64,000 nucleotides of DNA from an uncultured Bacteroidales bacterium (GCA_946631995.1 CAMPAQ010000002.1:98054-162053), one strand, 5' to 3'; numbered from the stretch's first letter, positions 9,277 through 18,231 are shown. Translations and numbers: made by a program. The notes: a model not told the origin generated them from the letters alone.

Positions 9277-9284
9277 TATCTTTG
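9277..9284 (+). promoter_or_regulatory. orphan -7 box TATCTTTG in the 734-bp intergenic region
   Basis: Exact TAnnTTTG match followed by GCACTGC. No ORF starts within 400 nt, so it may drive a structured RNA or a long leader for the 9706 gene. Confidence 0.35.
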
Positions 9285-9394
9285 CACTGCAACCCAGAAA
9301 ATGTTAAATGTTATGACTGACACAATAGCCACTAATATTGAACGCAACAATAAAAGAATGACCAATTTCCTTGGTCATTCCGATAATTTGATTA

Positions 9395-9413
9395 CTCTCT
9401 CTCTCTCTCTCTC
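9395..9413. repeat. (CT)9 dinucleotide microsatellite
   Basis: The sequence is ctctctctctctctctctc, counted directly. Confidence 0.95.
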
Positions 9414-9705
9414 AGGCGCTCGCCTACAAGAGAGGTAACAACATCTTTTATTTTACGAGCGGGTCGCCCGCGTAAATATACGGCTTTTCTTGCGTCCATG
9501 CAAGAGAAGTCGGCTTGTTTTTTTGTCCCCGTCTTAACTTCCGTACACAATGATGAAAGCGCAACAGCGAACTAATCCGCGCCCTGAGCGGCAGGCAGCC
9601 CACCGATGACGTGGACGTGGACAAGGAGTACCAGCTCATCCCAATCGACAGTCTATAAACATTTTTTTAATTAACCATTTTATTAACAAATTAAATTTTC
9701 AAGTT

Positions 9706-10470
9706 ATGTTCAAAACAAGATTTATTTCAATGCTCGTGCTGCTCGCAGCAGTAGCGACGGGCGCAATGGCACAGACTACTTACACAGTGACTGTGAAGGA
9801 AGGCACCGAGGATGCCTCAAACTGGCAGGGCAAGGCCGGCGAAGGCGAGTATCAGGCACTGCCCCTTGAGGGCGTAGCCGCAGGCACGGCGGTCAGCGTC
9901 AAGTACAACGGCACGAAGAAGGTGAAGAGCGTCACGGCGGTGAAGAAGGCTGCAGTTCTAACGTACCCCATCGCCCTCAGTGCAGTGACAGTAAAGCATA
10001 TCGGCAACATCGTGACAACCGACGGTAACGTATATGCTACAGCAGCCGATGCCATAGCCGCCTCAGAGACCCCCGCGGCCATGATAGCCTACGTGGGCAG
10101 CGACACTTACGACGCTACTTACAAAAACGGCCTGGCCATCGCATTGGCTGACGAGGCTCAATCGAACTGGTCAACGGCTGTGAGTACCTGCGAGGGTAAG
10201 ACTGCCATCACGGGAGCCAAGTGGTGCCTGCCCAGTCAGGATCAGTGGAAGCAGATGTTCAAAGCCAATGGTGGTAACGATGCAAGTTACACTGGCTTGA
10301 ATACAACTATCACCACCGCCGGAGGAACAACCTTGCAGGAGAACGCCTTCTACTGGTCGTCGTCGGAGTTCTTAGGCTCCGCCTACCACGTGTACCTCTC
10401 CAATGGCAAATGGTTCATGGACAATAAGGAGGACCTCGACAACCAAGTTCGTGCCTGCCTCGCTTTTTAA
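9706..10470 (+). CDS. secreted protein with DUF1566/Fib_succ-type C-terminal domain
   Basis: Signal peptide MFKTRFISMLVLLAAVATGAMAQ. The C-terminal motifs are WCLPSQDQWKQMF...FYWSSSE...VRACLAF. Confidence 0.7.
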   Translation: MFKTRFISMLVLLAAVATGAMAQTTYTVTVKEGTEDASNWQGKAGEGEYQALPLEGVAAGTAVSVKYNGTKKVKSVTAVKKAAVLTYPIALSAVTVKHIGNIVTTDGNVYATAADAIAASETPAAMIAYVGSDTYDATYKNGLAIALADEAQSNWSTAVSTCEGKTAITGAKWCLPSQDQWKQMFKANGGNDASYTGLNTTITTAGGTTLQENAFYWSSSEFLGSAYHVYLSNGKWFMDNKEDLDNQVRACLAF

Positions 10471-10691
10471 CCTAACCTATTTATCGATTTACCAATTTAT
10501 CTGTGATTAAGGGACTGATTCGTCAGAGAGGCCCGCGCACAGCGGATCCCAGCCCGCACAGCTCCCACGGAGAGGGCGGCCTCCCCGCACGAAAGAGCAA
10601 CAGATTCAGAAAAAAAGACGACTCGGAAAACATGAACATATAAGAGTCGTCAGACAAAAGAAATAACAAACAATTAAAAAATTAAAGAATA

Positions 10692-11810
10692 ATGAAACAT
10701 CGATTTCTATACATCATGGCACTGCTGCTGACAGTGGCGACGGGCGCATGGGCACAAGACCCTGACCCCATCGACCTCACGCCCAGTGCCGACGGTACGG
10801 TGTGGACACTCAGCACGATGCCCGAATACGACGTCGAGCTGGAAGTGACATACTACACCGATGCCGAACTCGACCAGATGGCTGCCGATGAAGTCATCGC
10901 CAAGATAACAGCCATCGGCACCGTGACCTACACTCCTGAGAGCAAGGCCCTCATCGACGCAGCACGCACGGCCTACGACGCGCTGACCGCCGCCCAGCAG
11001 GCACTCGTGACAAACTACTCGACGCTGACCGATGCCGAGACCACCTACACCACCGCTGAGGAGACCGCCTACACCAAGGGCGTAGAGCTGACCAAGAACC
11101 CCGACGGCACGTGGTCGCTCGCCGCAACTCCCGGCTTTGACGTGGAGCTGGAGGTGGAGTACAAGGCAGACCTGACACTCACCGTCAATATCGAGGGCTG
11201 GACATTCGGCGCAACCGCAAACACACCTACTGTCAGCGGTAACGAAGGCAGCGGTGAAGTGACCTTCGAATACAAGAAGAAGGGTGCTGCAGACGACAGC
11301 TACAGCACCGACGTTCCGACAGATGCCGGCGAATACACCGTCCGCGCTACCGTGGCCGAGACCGACGACTATGTTGACGGCACGGCAACGGCTGACTTCA
11401 CCATCGCGAAGGCTGCCGCCACCATCAGTTACGAGACTGCCAGCGTGAGCAAAACATATGGCGACGCGGACTTCACCAACGATCTGACGAACACTGGCAA
11501 TGGCACTGTAATTTATGCATCGAACAACGAGGGCGTAGCCACTGTGAACAACGAGACAGGCCTGGTACACATCGTCGGCTCTGGCGAGGCTACCATCACT
11601 GCAACAGTCGCTGACGGCACCAACTACACCTACGCCACAAAGACGGCACAGTACACACTGACAGTTGAAGCCGCTACAGGCATCAGCGATGTTAAAACAG
11701 ATGCCACAGAGAATGCCTACTGGTATGACCTGAGCGGCCTCCCATTGAATGGCAAGCCAACCAAGGCTGGTGTCTATGTAAAGAACGGCAAAAAGGTCGT
11801 GATTGAGTAA
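10692..11810 (+). CDS. cell-surface protein with Ig-like/MBG-type repeats and T9SS-type C-terminal domain
   Basis: Signal peptide MKHRFLYIMALLLTVATGAWAQ. There is an internal duplication, DGTVWTLSTMPEYDVELEVTYY / DGTWSLAATPGFDVELEVEYK. An MBG-like stretch reads KTYGDADF, a Big_2-like stretch reads ATVNNETGLVHIVGSGEATITATV, and the tail reads YWYDLSGLPLNGKPTKAGVYVKNGKKVVIE. Confidence 0.75.
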   Translation: MKHRFLYIMALLLTVATGAWAQDPDPIDLTPSADGTVWTLSTMPEYDVELEVTYYTDAELDQMAADEVIAKITAIGTVTYTPESKALIDAARTAYDALTAAQQALVTNYSTLTDAETTYTTAEETAYTKGVELTKNPDGTWSLAATPGFDVELEVEYKADLTLTVNIEGWTFGATANTPTVSGNEGSGEVTFEYKKKGAADDSYSTDVPTDAGEYTVRATVAETDDYVDGTATADFTIAKAAATISYETASVSKTYGDADFTNDLTNTGNGTVIYASNNEGVATVNNETGLVHIVGSGEATITATVADGTNYTYATKTAQYTLTVEAATGISDVKTDATENAYWYDLSGLPLNGKPTKAGVYVKNGKKVVIE

Positions 11811-11832
11811 TCATTCATGCCACAAACATCAT

Positions 11833-11874
11833 TCGGGGACGGAGCAAACCAAAATGCTTCGTCCCCGATTTTTT
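11833..11874 (+). terminator. intrinsic terminator after the 10692-11810 gene
   Basis: TCGGGGACG (11833-11841) pairs with CGTCCCCGA (11860-11868) and is followed by TTTTTT. Confidence 0.7.
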
Positions 11875-11936
11875 GCATCAATCCAGCATACCACTAAAGA
11901 AAGCCGAGGCTGTCCGTCGCATTTATGGCTCGTTAT

Positions 11937-11973
11937 CCAAAAAAACAAAAACGGCCGCCACGAAGTGACAGCC
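11937..11973 (-). terminator. intrinsic terminator after tcdA
   Basis: The minus-strand RNA reads GGCUGUCAC-UUC-GUGGCGGCC. The 9-bp stem (two G-U pairs) pairs fully only on this strand and is followed by GUUUUUGUUUUUUUGG. Confidence 0.7.
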
Positions 11974-12002
11974 ATACACGCGGAACGCGCCAGAACAGGT
12001 TC

Positions 12003-12806
12003 TCAGGCGTTACGGTCGATGTCGGACAGCACCAAGCCGCCGAGCATGAAGCCGAACATGGCCGTGATGTGCGCCATCGAGCCGTTGATCTGCGCCTTCG
12101 ACGAACACCATTCATGATTCACCAGCGAAGGGTCGCCAGGACCCATCTTCGCCTTCGGACACATGCACTGCTCCGTGCCGCAGGTGGCATTGTGGCCACG
12201 GTTGGAGAGCAGTTCGTCGCTATAGACGCACATGAACTTGCGTTTGGGGAACTCCTTGTCGCGCTTGAATCGGTTGCGCAGCGCACGGGCCAACGGGTCG
12301 CCCTGCACCTTCCAGAATTCCGTCACCTTGATGCGTGTGGGATCCATCTTCAGTGCGGCACCCATCGACGAGAAGAACCTTGCTTTTGTCCGACATGCCA
12401 TCAGGATGAGCAGAGCCTTGTCCTTCAGCGAGTCGATGGCGTCGATGATGTAGTCGTAGCCGTCGATGCCGAATTCATCGGCCGTCTCCTGCGTGAAGAT
12501 CTTCTGCAATGCCGTAATCTCGGCCTTGGGGTTGATGGTGAGCAGACGCTCCTTCAAGGCATCGACCTTCACCTGGCCGACGGTCTTGGTGGTGGCCATC
12601 AGCTGGCGGTTGATGTTGGTGATGCACACGCGGTCGCTATCGACTATTGTGAGTTGACGGATGCCGCTGCGCACCAGACATTCGGCGCACCACGAACCGA
12701 CGCCACCCACGCCGAAGATAATCACCCGTTTCTGTGCGATGCGCTCCATCGTCTCGTTGCCCAGCAGCAGCTCCGCACGTCTGAATATTGCTTGATCTAT
12801 TGCCAT
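12003..12806 (-). CDS. tcdA: tRNA threonylcarbamoyladenosine dehydratase (ThiF/E1-like)
   Basis: 267 aa. The NAD/ATP fold reads VIIFGVGGVGSWCAECLVRSGIRQLTIVDSDRVCITNINRQ. Length and architecture match TcdA/CsdL. Confidence 0.88.
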   Translation of the reverse strand: MAIDQAIFRRAELLLGNETMERIAQKRVIIFGVGGVGSWCAECLVRSGIRQLTIVDSDRVCITNINRQLMATTKTVGQVKVDALKERLLTINPKAEITALQKIFTQETADEFGIDGYDYIIDAIDSLKDKALLILMACRTKARFFSSMGAALKMDPTRIKVTEFWKVQGDPLARALRNRFKRDKEFPKRKFMCVYSDELLSNRGHNATCGTEQCMCPKAKMGPGDPSLVNHEWCSSKAQINGSMAHITAMFGFMLGGLVLSDIDRNA

Positions 12807-12836
12807 TTTCGTTTACAATGTTGTGAAATTCGGCTG

Positions 12837-12844
12837 CAAAACTA
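12837..12844 (-). promoter_or_regulatory. -7 box TAGTTTTG upstream of tcdA
   Basis: The minus strand reads TAGTTTTGCAGCCGAATTTC, 31 nt upstream of the ATG. Confidence 0.5.
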
Positions 12845-13223
12845 CGAAAAATCGGCCACAGTGCCAAGAAACAACGCCTGCGCTTTTCAAACAAAGCACA
12901 GGCGTCACTCGAAAACACACGGCGGAAATGAATCGTTGCATTCCGCCACACAAAAAAATACTAAAATTTCCAACTTATGCAACAACTAACCGAATCAATT
13001 TCATTTGGGATTTTTTCTTGGTGCAAAAGTAGGCCGATGCGCCGTCACACCAAAATCCAGCCGTTACAGAAAGTTCCGAATTTGTTACATTTGCCGTCCA
13101 TAAATCGCAGGAAAAAATATTTGTAACAAAAGAAACAATGGCGGCCCCGATCGGGTCGCCATAGGAATCATTCGGTCGGCAAACGGCAGGGTAAGCCGCC
13201 TGACTTGGTCAATGGCCAATGGT

Positions 13224-13493
13224 TCAGCCCTCCTCATGGGCATAATTACGGTAATTTCCGAGTATCTGCTCGATGTGGATGACCTCTGGACAGGAATCCC
13301 ACGTCACGCCACCGCCCATCAGATACCAGTTCATGCGCTCCTTGACAGGCACTTTTTTCATGCTGGGGAACGCCGAAATTGGCATTACGATGGAACGGCC
13401 ATCCTGCAAATCCACCTGGAATTTGCCTCTTTTGGGGAACGACAGCGACTTGATGCGCGGAGTCACGTTCCAATATCCTTCGGTTGTAAACAT
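13224..13493 (-). CDS. DUF2442 family protein
   Basis: 89 aa with a C-terminal ...GGGVTWDSCPEVIHIEQIL motif. It starts 4 nt downstream of the DUF4160 gene. Confidence 0.7.
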   Translation of the reverse strand: MFTTEGYWNVTPRIKSLSFPKRGKFQVDLQDGRSIVMPISAFPSMKKVPVKERMNWYLMGGGVTWDSCPEVIHIEQILGNYRNYAHEEG

Positions 13494-13497
13494 AGGA

Positions 13498-13788
13498 CTA
13501 TTTTTTTACTTTGATTACTCTGATTGTCTTGCCGCTCTTGAACAGATTCCACTGGTGCAGCAGCCGTTCGCGGTATTCGACTGCAATTTTCAGCACTTCC
13601 CTGACCTGTGCATCGGTGAGGTCTCCCTGTTTGGCCACTTCGACACTCGGTTCCAGCCAAATTTTGCACAAATCCTCAGTCCCGCGTTTGCCGACATGGA
13701 CGTGCGCCCGATTCTCATGGAAATCTGTATTGTAGAACAAAAAGTTCCAAATTATTCTGGCTGTAATGTAGAGAAGTATCTTTGGCAT
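13498..13788 (-). CDS. DUF4160 family protein
   Basis: 96 aa. It carries the His-rich motif FYNTDFHENRAHVHVGKRG and the C-terminus VLKIAVEYRERLLHQWNLF. Confidence 0.8.
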   Translation of the reverse strand: MPKILLYITARIIWNFLFYNTDFHENRAHVHVGKRGTEDLCKIWLEPSVEVAKQGDLTDAQVREVLKIAVEYRERLLHQWNLFKSGKTIRVIKVKK

Positions 13789-13807
13789 AGGTGCATTTTC
13801 TATTCGG

Positions 13808-13815
13808 CAAACATA
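13808..13815 (-). promoter_or_regulatory. -7 box TATGTTTG upstream of the DUF4160-DUF2442 pair
   Basis: The minus strand reads TATGTTTGCCGAATAG, 20 nt upstream of the ATG at 13788. Confidence 0.5.
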
Positions 13816-13911
13816 GACACTTTTTTGTTAACGGCAAAGACATTGGCCGAAAAAAAATGATGGGTTAAAAGGAAAGTGCCGCAGGAGGAAAGGCTCTCCC
13901 ACGGTACTTTT

Positions 13912-15654
13912 TTATTTGCAGGGCGCATCCACGTCGAGCGGGGCGCACTCATGGTTGCCGATGCGGATGTGGAACCGCATCATGTCGTCGAGCGAGTGGA
14001 CAGGCGGCTGGGCGGTCGATGGCCAAGGTAGGCGGCTGAACGTCTGGAAGTAGAGCAGGCAGGCATCGCGCCACCACTGGGCATCGCGCTGCTGCTTGTC
14101 GAGACGGCGCGCAATGTCATCGAACGTGGCATCGCTCACCTCGCCCTTGACCGACTGCCAGAGCTGCTGCATGACGGCCACATTGTCCACGCCGCGCTGA
14201 TAGTGGCGGCCCAGATGCTCCCAGAGCGACTCGGTCGTGCCGCAGCACTGCCATGTGCGCTCATATTGCCACGGCACGTGGTGGAACCACAGCAGTTCGT
14301 CCTCCGGGCATGTGGCCAACGGCTCGAAAAGGTCGCGTAGCGAGTCGGGATATTGGGTTGTGGCCGATGTGCCTGTCGCCTCGGTGCGGTCGAAGCCAAG
14401 TCCGATGCTGTCGGCGCGGTGATAGTACGACGGAAGCCAGTCGGCACGCGCACCGGGCACGGCGCACCACGGTTCGGGGCCGTAGTGATGTCCCCACGCG
14501 AAGATGTGGTGCAGGCCGAGCGGCATCATGTAGTCGACCACCGTCTCGCGGCTCATCGTGAGCAGGCGGACGATGGCGCTCTTTGCCTCATCGTTGGCCG
14601 ATGGGAACGTGCCGCACACCCATTCGCGGGCGATGCTGTCGGGCGAGAGTGAGGCATCGGCCGCCATCCTTCCGAACGCGAACCAGTTGGCCTCGGCCAG
14701 ACGGTTGCCGCAGCCCTCGGTGCCAACATTGGCCACACCGGCATAGCCCACAAGGTTGGGCAGATGGCCGATGGCGAGCTGCGTCTCGCGCCACATGGAG
14801 GCGAGGAAGGCGATGTGGTTCGAGTGGCCGAGGTACTCCTGCGTGATCTGGAGTTCGGCCATCAGGCGCGTGTGCGGCATGGCGAAGAAGAGCGGCGAGA
14901 CGGGTTCGCGCGGCTGGAAGTCGATGGGGCCGTTCTTGATCTGGATGATTACGTTCGATGCAAACTGGCCGTCGAGCGGCGCGAACTCGGCAAATGCCTG
15001 CTTGGCGCGGTCGGGGTCGCTGGGCGAATAGACGAAGGCGCGCCAGATGACCTGTCCGCCGTGGGGACGCAGCGCATCGGCCAACATATTGGCACCCTCG
15101 GCGTGAGAACGGCCGTAGTCGCATGGGCCAGGCTGCCCTTCGCTGTTGGCCTTGACCAGGAATCCGCCGAAGTCGGGGATGCGGCGATAGACATCGGCCA
15201 CCTTATCGCGCCACCATTGCTGCACGGCGGGGTCGAGCGGGTCGGCCGTCTGGGTTGCGCCCAATGCCTGCGGCGATGCGAAGTTGACCGCGAGCCAGAC
15301 ACGGATGCCGTAGGGACGCAGCAGATCCGCGTAGCAGGCGGTCGTGTCGAGATAGGCATCGGACAACATCTTGGGCGATGCGTTCACATTGTTGAGCACC
15401 GTGGCATTGATGCCGATAGCCTCGTTCTTCTGGCCGTATTTGCGGATGGCCAATGTGTCGATGCCGCCGCGTGACCAGAAGATGCTGCGACCCGCGTAGC
15501 CACGTTCGACGCTGCCGTCGGGGTTGTCCCAATGGTTGAGCATACGGAGCGGCTCGACCGCCTGCGGCTCACCGGGAGCACAGGCGGTCAAGTTGATTGC
15601 GAGGGAGAGTGCCAAACTACTTGTCCAGGCCCTCGATAGTCTGAATCTTGCCAT
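13912..15654 (-). CDS. aguA: GH67 alpha-glucuronidase lacking the usual N-terminal domain
   Basis: GH67 catalytic-domain hallmarks are LRMLNHWDNPDGSVERGYAGRSIFW, DFGGFLVKANSEGQPGP and HAEGANMLADAL..VIWRAFVY. I chose the start at ATG 15654 (MARFRLSRAWTSSLALSLAINLTAC, lipoprotein-like) rather than 15720. It overlaps the GH43 3' end by 38 nt. Confidence 0.85.
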   Translation of the reverse strand: MARFRLSRAWTSSLALSLAINLTACAPGEPQAVEPLRMLNHWDNPDGSVERGYAGRSIFWSRGGIDTLAIRKYGQKNEAIGINATVLNNVNASPKMLSDAYLDTTACYADLLRPYGIRVWLAVNFASPQALGATQTADPLDPAVQQWWRDKVADVYRRIPDFGGFLVKANSEGQPGPCDYGRSHAEGANMLADALRPHGGQVIWRAFVYSPSDPDRAKQAFAEFAPLDGQFASNVIIQIKNGPIDFQPREPVSPLFFAMPHTRLMAELQITQEYLGHSNHIAFLASMWRETQLAIGHLPNLVGYAGVANVGTEGCGNRLAEANWFAFGRMAADASLSPDSIAREWVCGTFPSANDEAKSAIVRLLTMSRETVVDYMMPLGLHHIFAWGHHYGPEPWCAVPGARADWLPSYYHRADSIGLGFDRTEATGTSATTQYPDSLRDLFEPLATCPEDELLWFHHVPWQYERTWQCCGTTESLWEHLGRHYQRGVDNVAVMQQLWQSVKGEVSDATFDDIARRLDKQQRDAQWWRDACLLYFQTFSRLPWPSTAQPPVHSLDDMMRFHIRIGNHECAPLDVDAPCK

Positions 15655-16660
15655 TTTCGTCGTATGTAAGTTCACAAACCTTGAGCGAGCGGAGCCACGT
15701 CTTGTCGTCCGACGGGACACAGTCGTGGTGGAAGAGGTACCACTTGCCTTTGTATTCGGCGATGGCGTGGTGGGTGGTCCAGCCGACCACAGGCGTCATG
15801 ATTACGCCCTGATAGGTGAACGGGCCGTAGGGGTTGTCGCCGATGGCGTAGCAGAGGAAATGGCTGTCGCCGGTGGAGTACGAGAAGTAGTATTTGCCCT
15901 TGTACTTGTGCATCCACGATGCCTCGAAGAAGCGGTGCGGATCGCTGGCCTTGAGCGGCTTGCCATCGGCCCCGAGGATGACGACCGGACGAGCTGCCTC
16001 GGCAAACTCCATGTCGTCACTCATTCGGACCACGAGGCTGGGCAATGCGGGTGCATCGGGCTTGGCAAAGAGTTCACCCTTGCGGGTCGGCTCGGAACCC
16101 ATATCGACCAGACCGTTGTCGTCGCCGTGCTTGCCGTGAATCGGGGCAAAGCCATCGGCCAACGGCTGCCACCACTGGAGCTGTCCGCCCCACAGGCCGC
16201 CGAAGTAGGTGTAGATGGAGCTGTCGTCGTCCTTGAAGACGCAGGGGTCGATGGAGAACGAGCCTCGGATGGGGAACTTGCGTGGCTTGAAGGGGCCCTC
16301 GGGCTTGTCGGACTCGGCTACGCCCAAACGGAACACGCCATCGTAGCCCTTGGCCGAGAAGACGTAGTAGTACTTGCCGTCTTTTTCAACGACGTCGCTG
16401 TCCCACAGCTGTTTTTCGGCCCACGGCACATCGTTCACGTCGAAGATGACACCGTGGTCGTTGACGTTGCCGGTCATCGGTTCGCCGTCGATCGAGAGTG
16501 CGTGGTAGTCCTTCATCTGGAAGTGGCCGCCGTCGTCATCCTCTTCGGCTCCGGCTTCCCAGTCGTGGCTGGGGTAGATGAACAACTTGCCGTTGAAGAC
16601 GTGTACGGCGGGGTCTGCCATGTAGTCGGCAGGGAACAAATATCTTTTTTTCATGTTCAT
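15617..16660 (-). CDS. GH43 beta-xylosidase/alpha-L-arabinofuranosidase (Xsa-like)
   Basis: 347 aa. KRYLFPADYMADPAVHVFNGKLFIYPSHDWE...FRLGVAESDKPEGPFKP...SIDPCVFKDDDSSIYTYFGGLWGGQLQWW closely follows the Bacteroides xylosidase/arabinosidase pattern. Confidence 0.9.
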   Translation of the reverse strand: MNMKKRYLFPADYMADPAVHVFNGKLFIYPSHDWEAGAEEDDDGGHFQMKDYHALSIDGEPMTGNVNDHGVIFDVNDVPWAEKQLWDSDVVEKDGKYYYVFSAKGYDGVFRLGVAESDKPEGPFKPRKFPIRGSFSIDPCVFKDDDSSIYTYFGGLWGGQLQWWQPLADGFAPIHGKHGDDNGLVDMGSEPTRKGELFAKPDAPALPSLVVRMSDDMEFAEAARPVVILGADGKPLKASDPHRFFEASWMHKYKGKYYFSYSTGDSHFLCYAIGDNPYGPFTYQGVIMTPVVGWTTHHAIAEYKGKWYLFHHDCVPSDDKTWLRSLKVCELTYDENGKIQTIEGLDK

Positions 16661-17033
16661 ATAAAATTTAAGACCCCTCTCTGTCTCCCCCGATGGGGAG
16701 GAATGACCTTGCGGACATGGGAGGTCGTGTTAGAAAATCAAGTTTGTTTTTCAATCTCCTTTGCGGAGGGCACTTACTTTCTTGTCTTGACACAAGAAAG
16801 TAAGCAAAGAAAGTCAAGCCTTACGTTGCGCGGCCTACTCCGATGCGGCCTCGCTTGCTTGTAAGCCCAACTCAGCCGCTACGCGACTTCAAACAGGGCT
16901 TACCGCTACGCGATTCTCGCATCTGCGCCGTCGGCCGCTTCACTATGGCAATCCCCAACCGCCGTTTCGTGGACGTGAGCCATTGGCCATAACCAAGATA
17001 AAATTCATTGGCCAAAAAATCTGTCCAATTTTT

Positions 17034-17082
17034 GTATATACTCCCCCTCCCTATTTAACGGGAGGGGGTTGGGGGGTGGGTC
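17034..17082. repeat. C/G-rich hairpin element (GTATATACT + CCCCCTCCC/GGGAGGGGG), copy 1
   Basis: CCCCCTCCC (17043-17051) pairs with GGGAGGGGG (17060-17068). It lies 6 nt past the GH10 stop codon. A homolog sits at 20006-20048. Confidence 0.7.
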
Positions 17083-17088
17083 TATGGG

Positions 17089-18231
17089 TCACTTCAGATA
17101 CTTCCCCATCGCCTCTTTCAACTTGTAGTTGCGGTCGAAGAGCAGCGGGTAGTTGGTGCGACCCTTCATCGGCCAATCGTTGAGCCACGACTGCTGGTCA
17201 TAGACGCCCCACATCGTCACACGGTTCATGCGGTCGCTGTATTTCAGCGCGAGGTCGAACATAGCCTGCAGGCGGACGTTCCAGAGCTGCTGGACGCTGT
17301 CGGGCAAGCCCTCGGTGTAGGGATTCATGCGCTGGTTGTAAGCGAAGTCCTCCTCGATGTTGGCGTTCTCGTTGCCGGCCTCGAATACGTTCGGCAGGGC
17401 GTTCATGTCCAATTCGGTGAACTGGATTTTCACGTCCGATGCGATGAATTCCTGCATCGAAGCCTCCAGCTCCTGCATGTCGGGATAGTCGAGGCCGGAA
17501 TGGACCTGCAGGCCGATGGCGTCGATGCGCAGACGGCGGTGCTTCAGCTGGTCGATGATGCGGACGTAGGTCTCGCGCTTGCCGGGCTTGGCCATGCTGT
17601 AGTCGTTCAGGTAGAGTTCGGCATCGGGGTCGGCCTCATGTGCGCACTCGAACGCCCAGGGGATGAACTCCTCGCCCATGATGCGGTAGAACGGCGACTG
17701 GCGGTACGAACCGTCATCCTCGATGGCCTCGTTGACCACGTCCCAGCCCTTCACGCGGCCTTTGTAGCGGCCCACGATGGTCGTGATGTGGTCCTTGATG
17801 CGCTGGCGGAGCACATCGGCCGTAACCTCATTGCCCTTTTCATCGACGAAGAACCACGGCGCGCACTGTTCGTGCCACACGAGGCAATGGCCGATGATGT
17901 TCATGCCGTGCTCTTCGCCGAACTTGACGAACTGGTCGGCATCGTCCCAGAAATAGCGGTTCTCTTCGGGGTGGATAGCCTCGCACTTCATGCAGTTTTC
18001 GGCCACGATGGAGTTGAAGTGACGTGCGATGATGCTGTCGCCCACCGTGTCGCGGCCCGACGACTGCTCGACGTTGATGGCGCAGCCCATGAGGAACTTG
18101 CCGTCGAACGCCTCCTTGAGTGTCTTTTCGGCCGATGGCTGCTGCGGCGAGCAGGCTGTCAGCGCGGTGATGGTTGCGGCCAATGCCATTGGCCATAAAC
18201 ATGATTTACGCATTTCTCTTCTCGATTTCAC
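17089..18231 (-). CDS. GH10 endo-1,4-beta-xylanase (lipoprotein)
   Basis: 380 aa. Motifs are NSIVAENCMKCEAIHP, GHCLVWHEQCAPWF, VKGWDVVNEAIEDDG, ELYLNDYSM and IQFTELDM. The signal/lipobox reads ALAATITALTAC. Confidence 0.9.
   Translation of the reverse strand: MKSRREMRKSCLWPMALAATITALTACSPQQPSAEKTLKEAFDGKFLMGCAINVEQSSGRDTVGDSIIARHFNSIVAENCMKCEAIHPEENRYFWDDADQFVKFGEEHGMNIIGHCLVWHEQCAPWFFVDEKGNEVTADVLRQRIKDHITTIVGRYKGRVKGWDVVNEAIEDDGSYRQSPFYRIMGEEFIPWAFECAHEADPDAELYLNDYSMAKPGKRETYVRIIDQLKHRRLRIDAIGLQVHSGLDYPDMQELEASMQEFIASDVKIQFTELDMNALPNVFEAGNENANIEEDFAYNQRMNPYTEGLPDSVQQLWNVRLQAMFDLALKYSDRMNRVTMWGVYDQQSWLNDWPMKGRTNYPLLFDRNYKLKEAMGKYLK

Noticed and set aside
9130-9438. 102-aa and 60-aa plus-strand ORFs in the 734-bp intergenic region.
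   Set aside because: They are AT-rich and low complexity, and they run through the hairpins and the (CT)9 tract (read as LSLSLS). A structured RNA or leader explains the region better.
9560-9657. GC-rich stretch ending in ...RALSGRQPTDDVDVDKEYQLIPIDSL*, which could be the relic 3' end of a gene.
   Set aside because: The frame is open for only ~27 codons after an upstream TAA, there is no start, and I recognise no family. This is too little to call a pseudogene.
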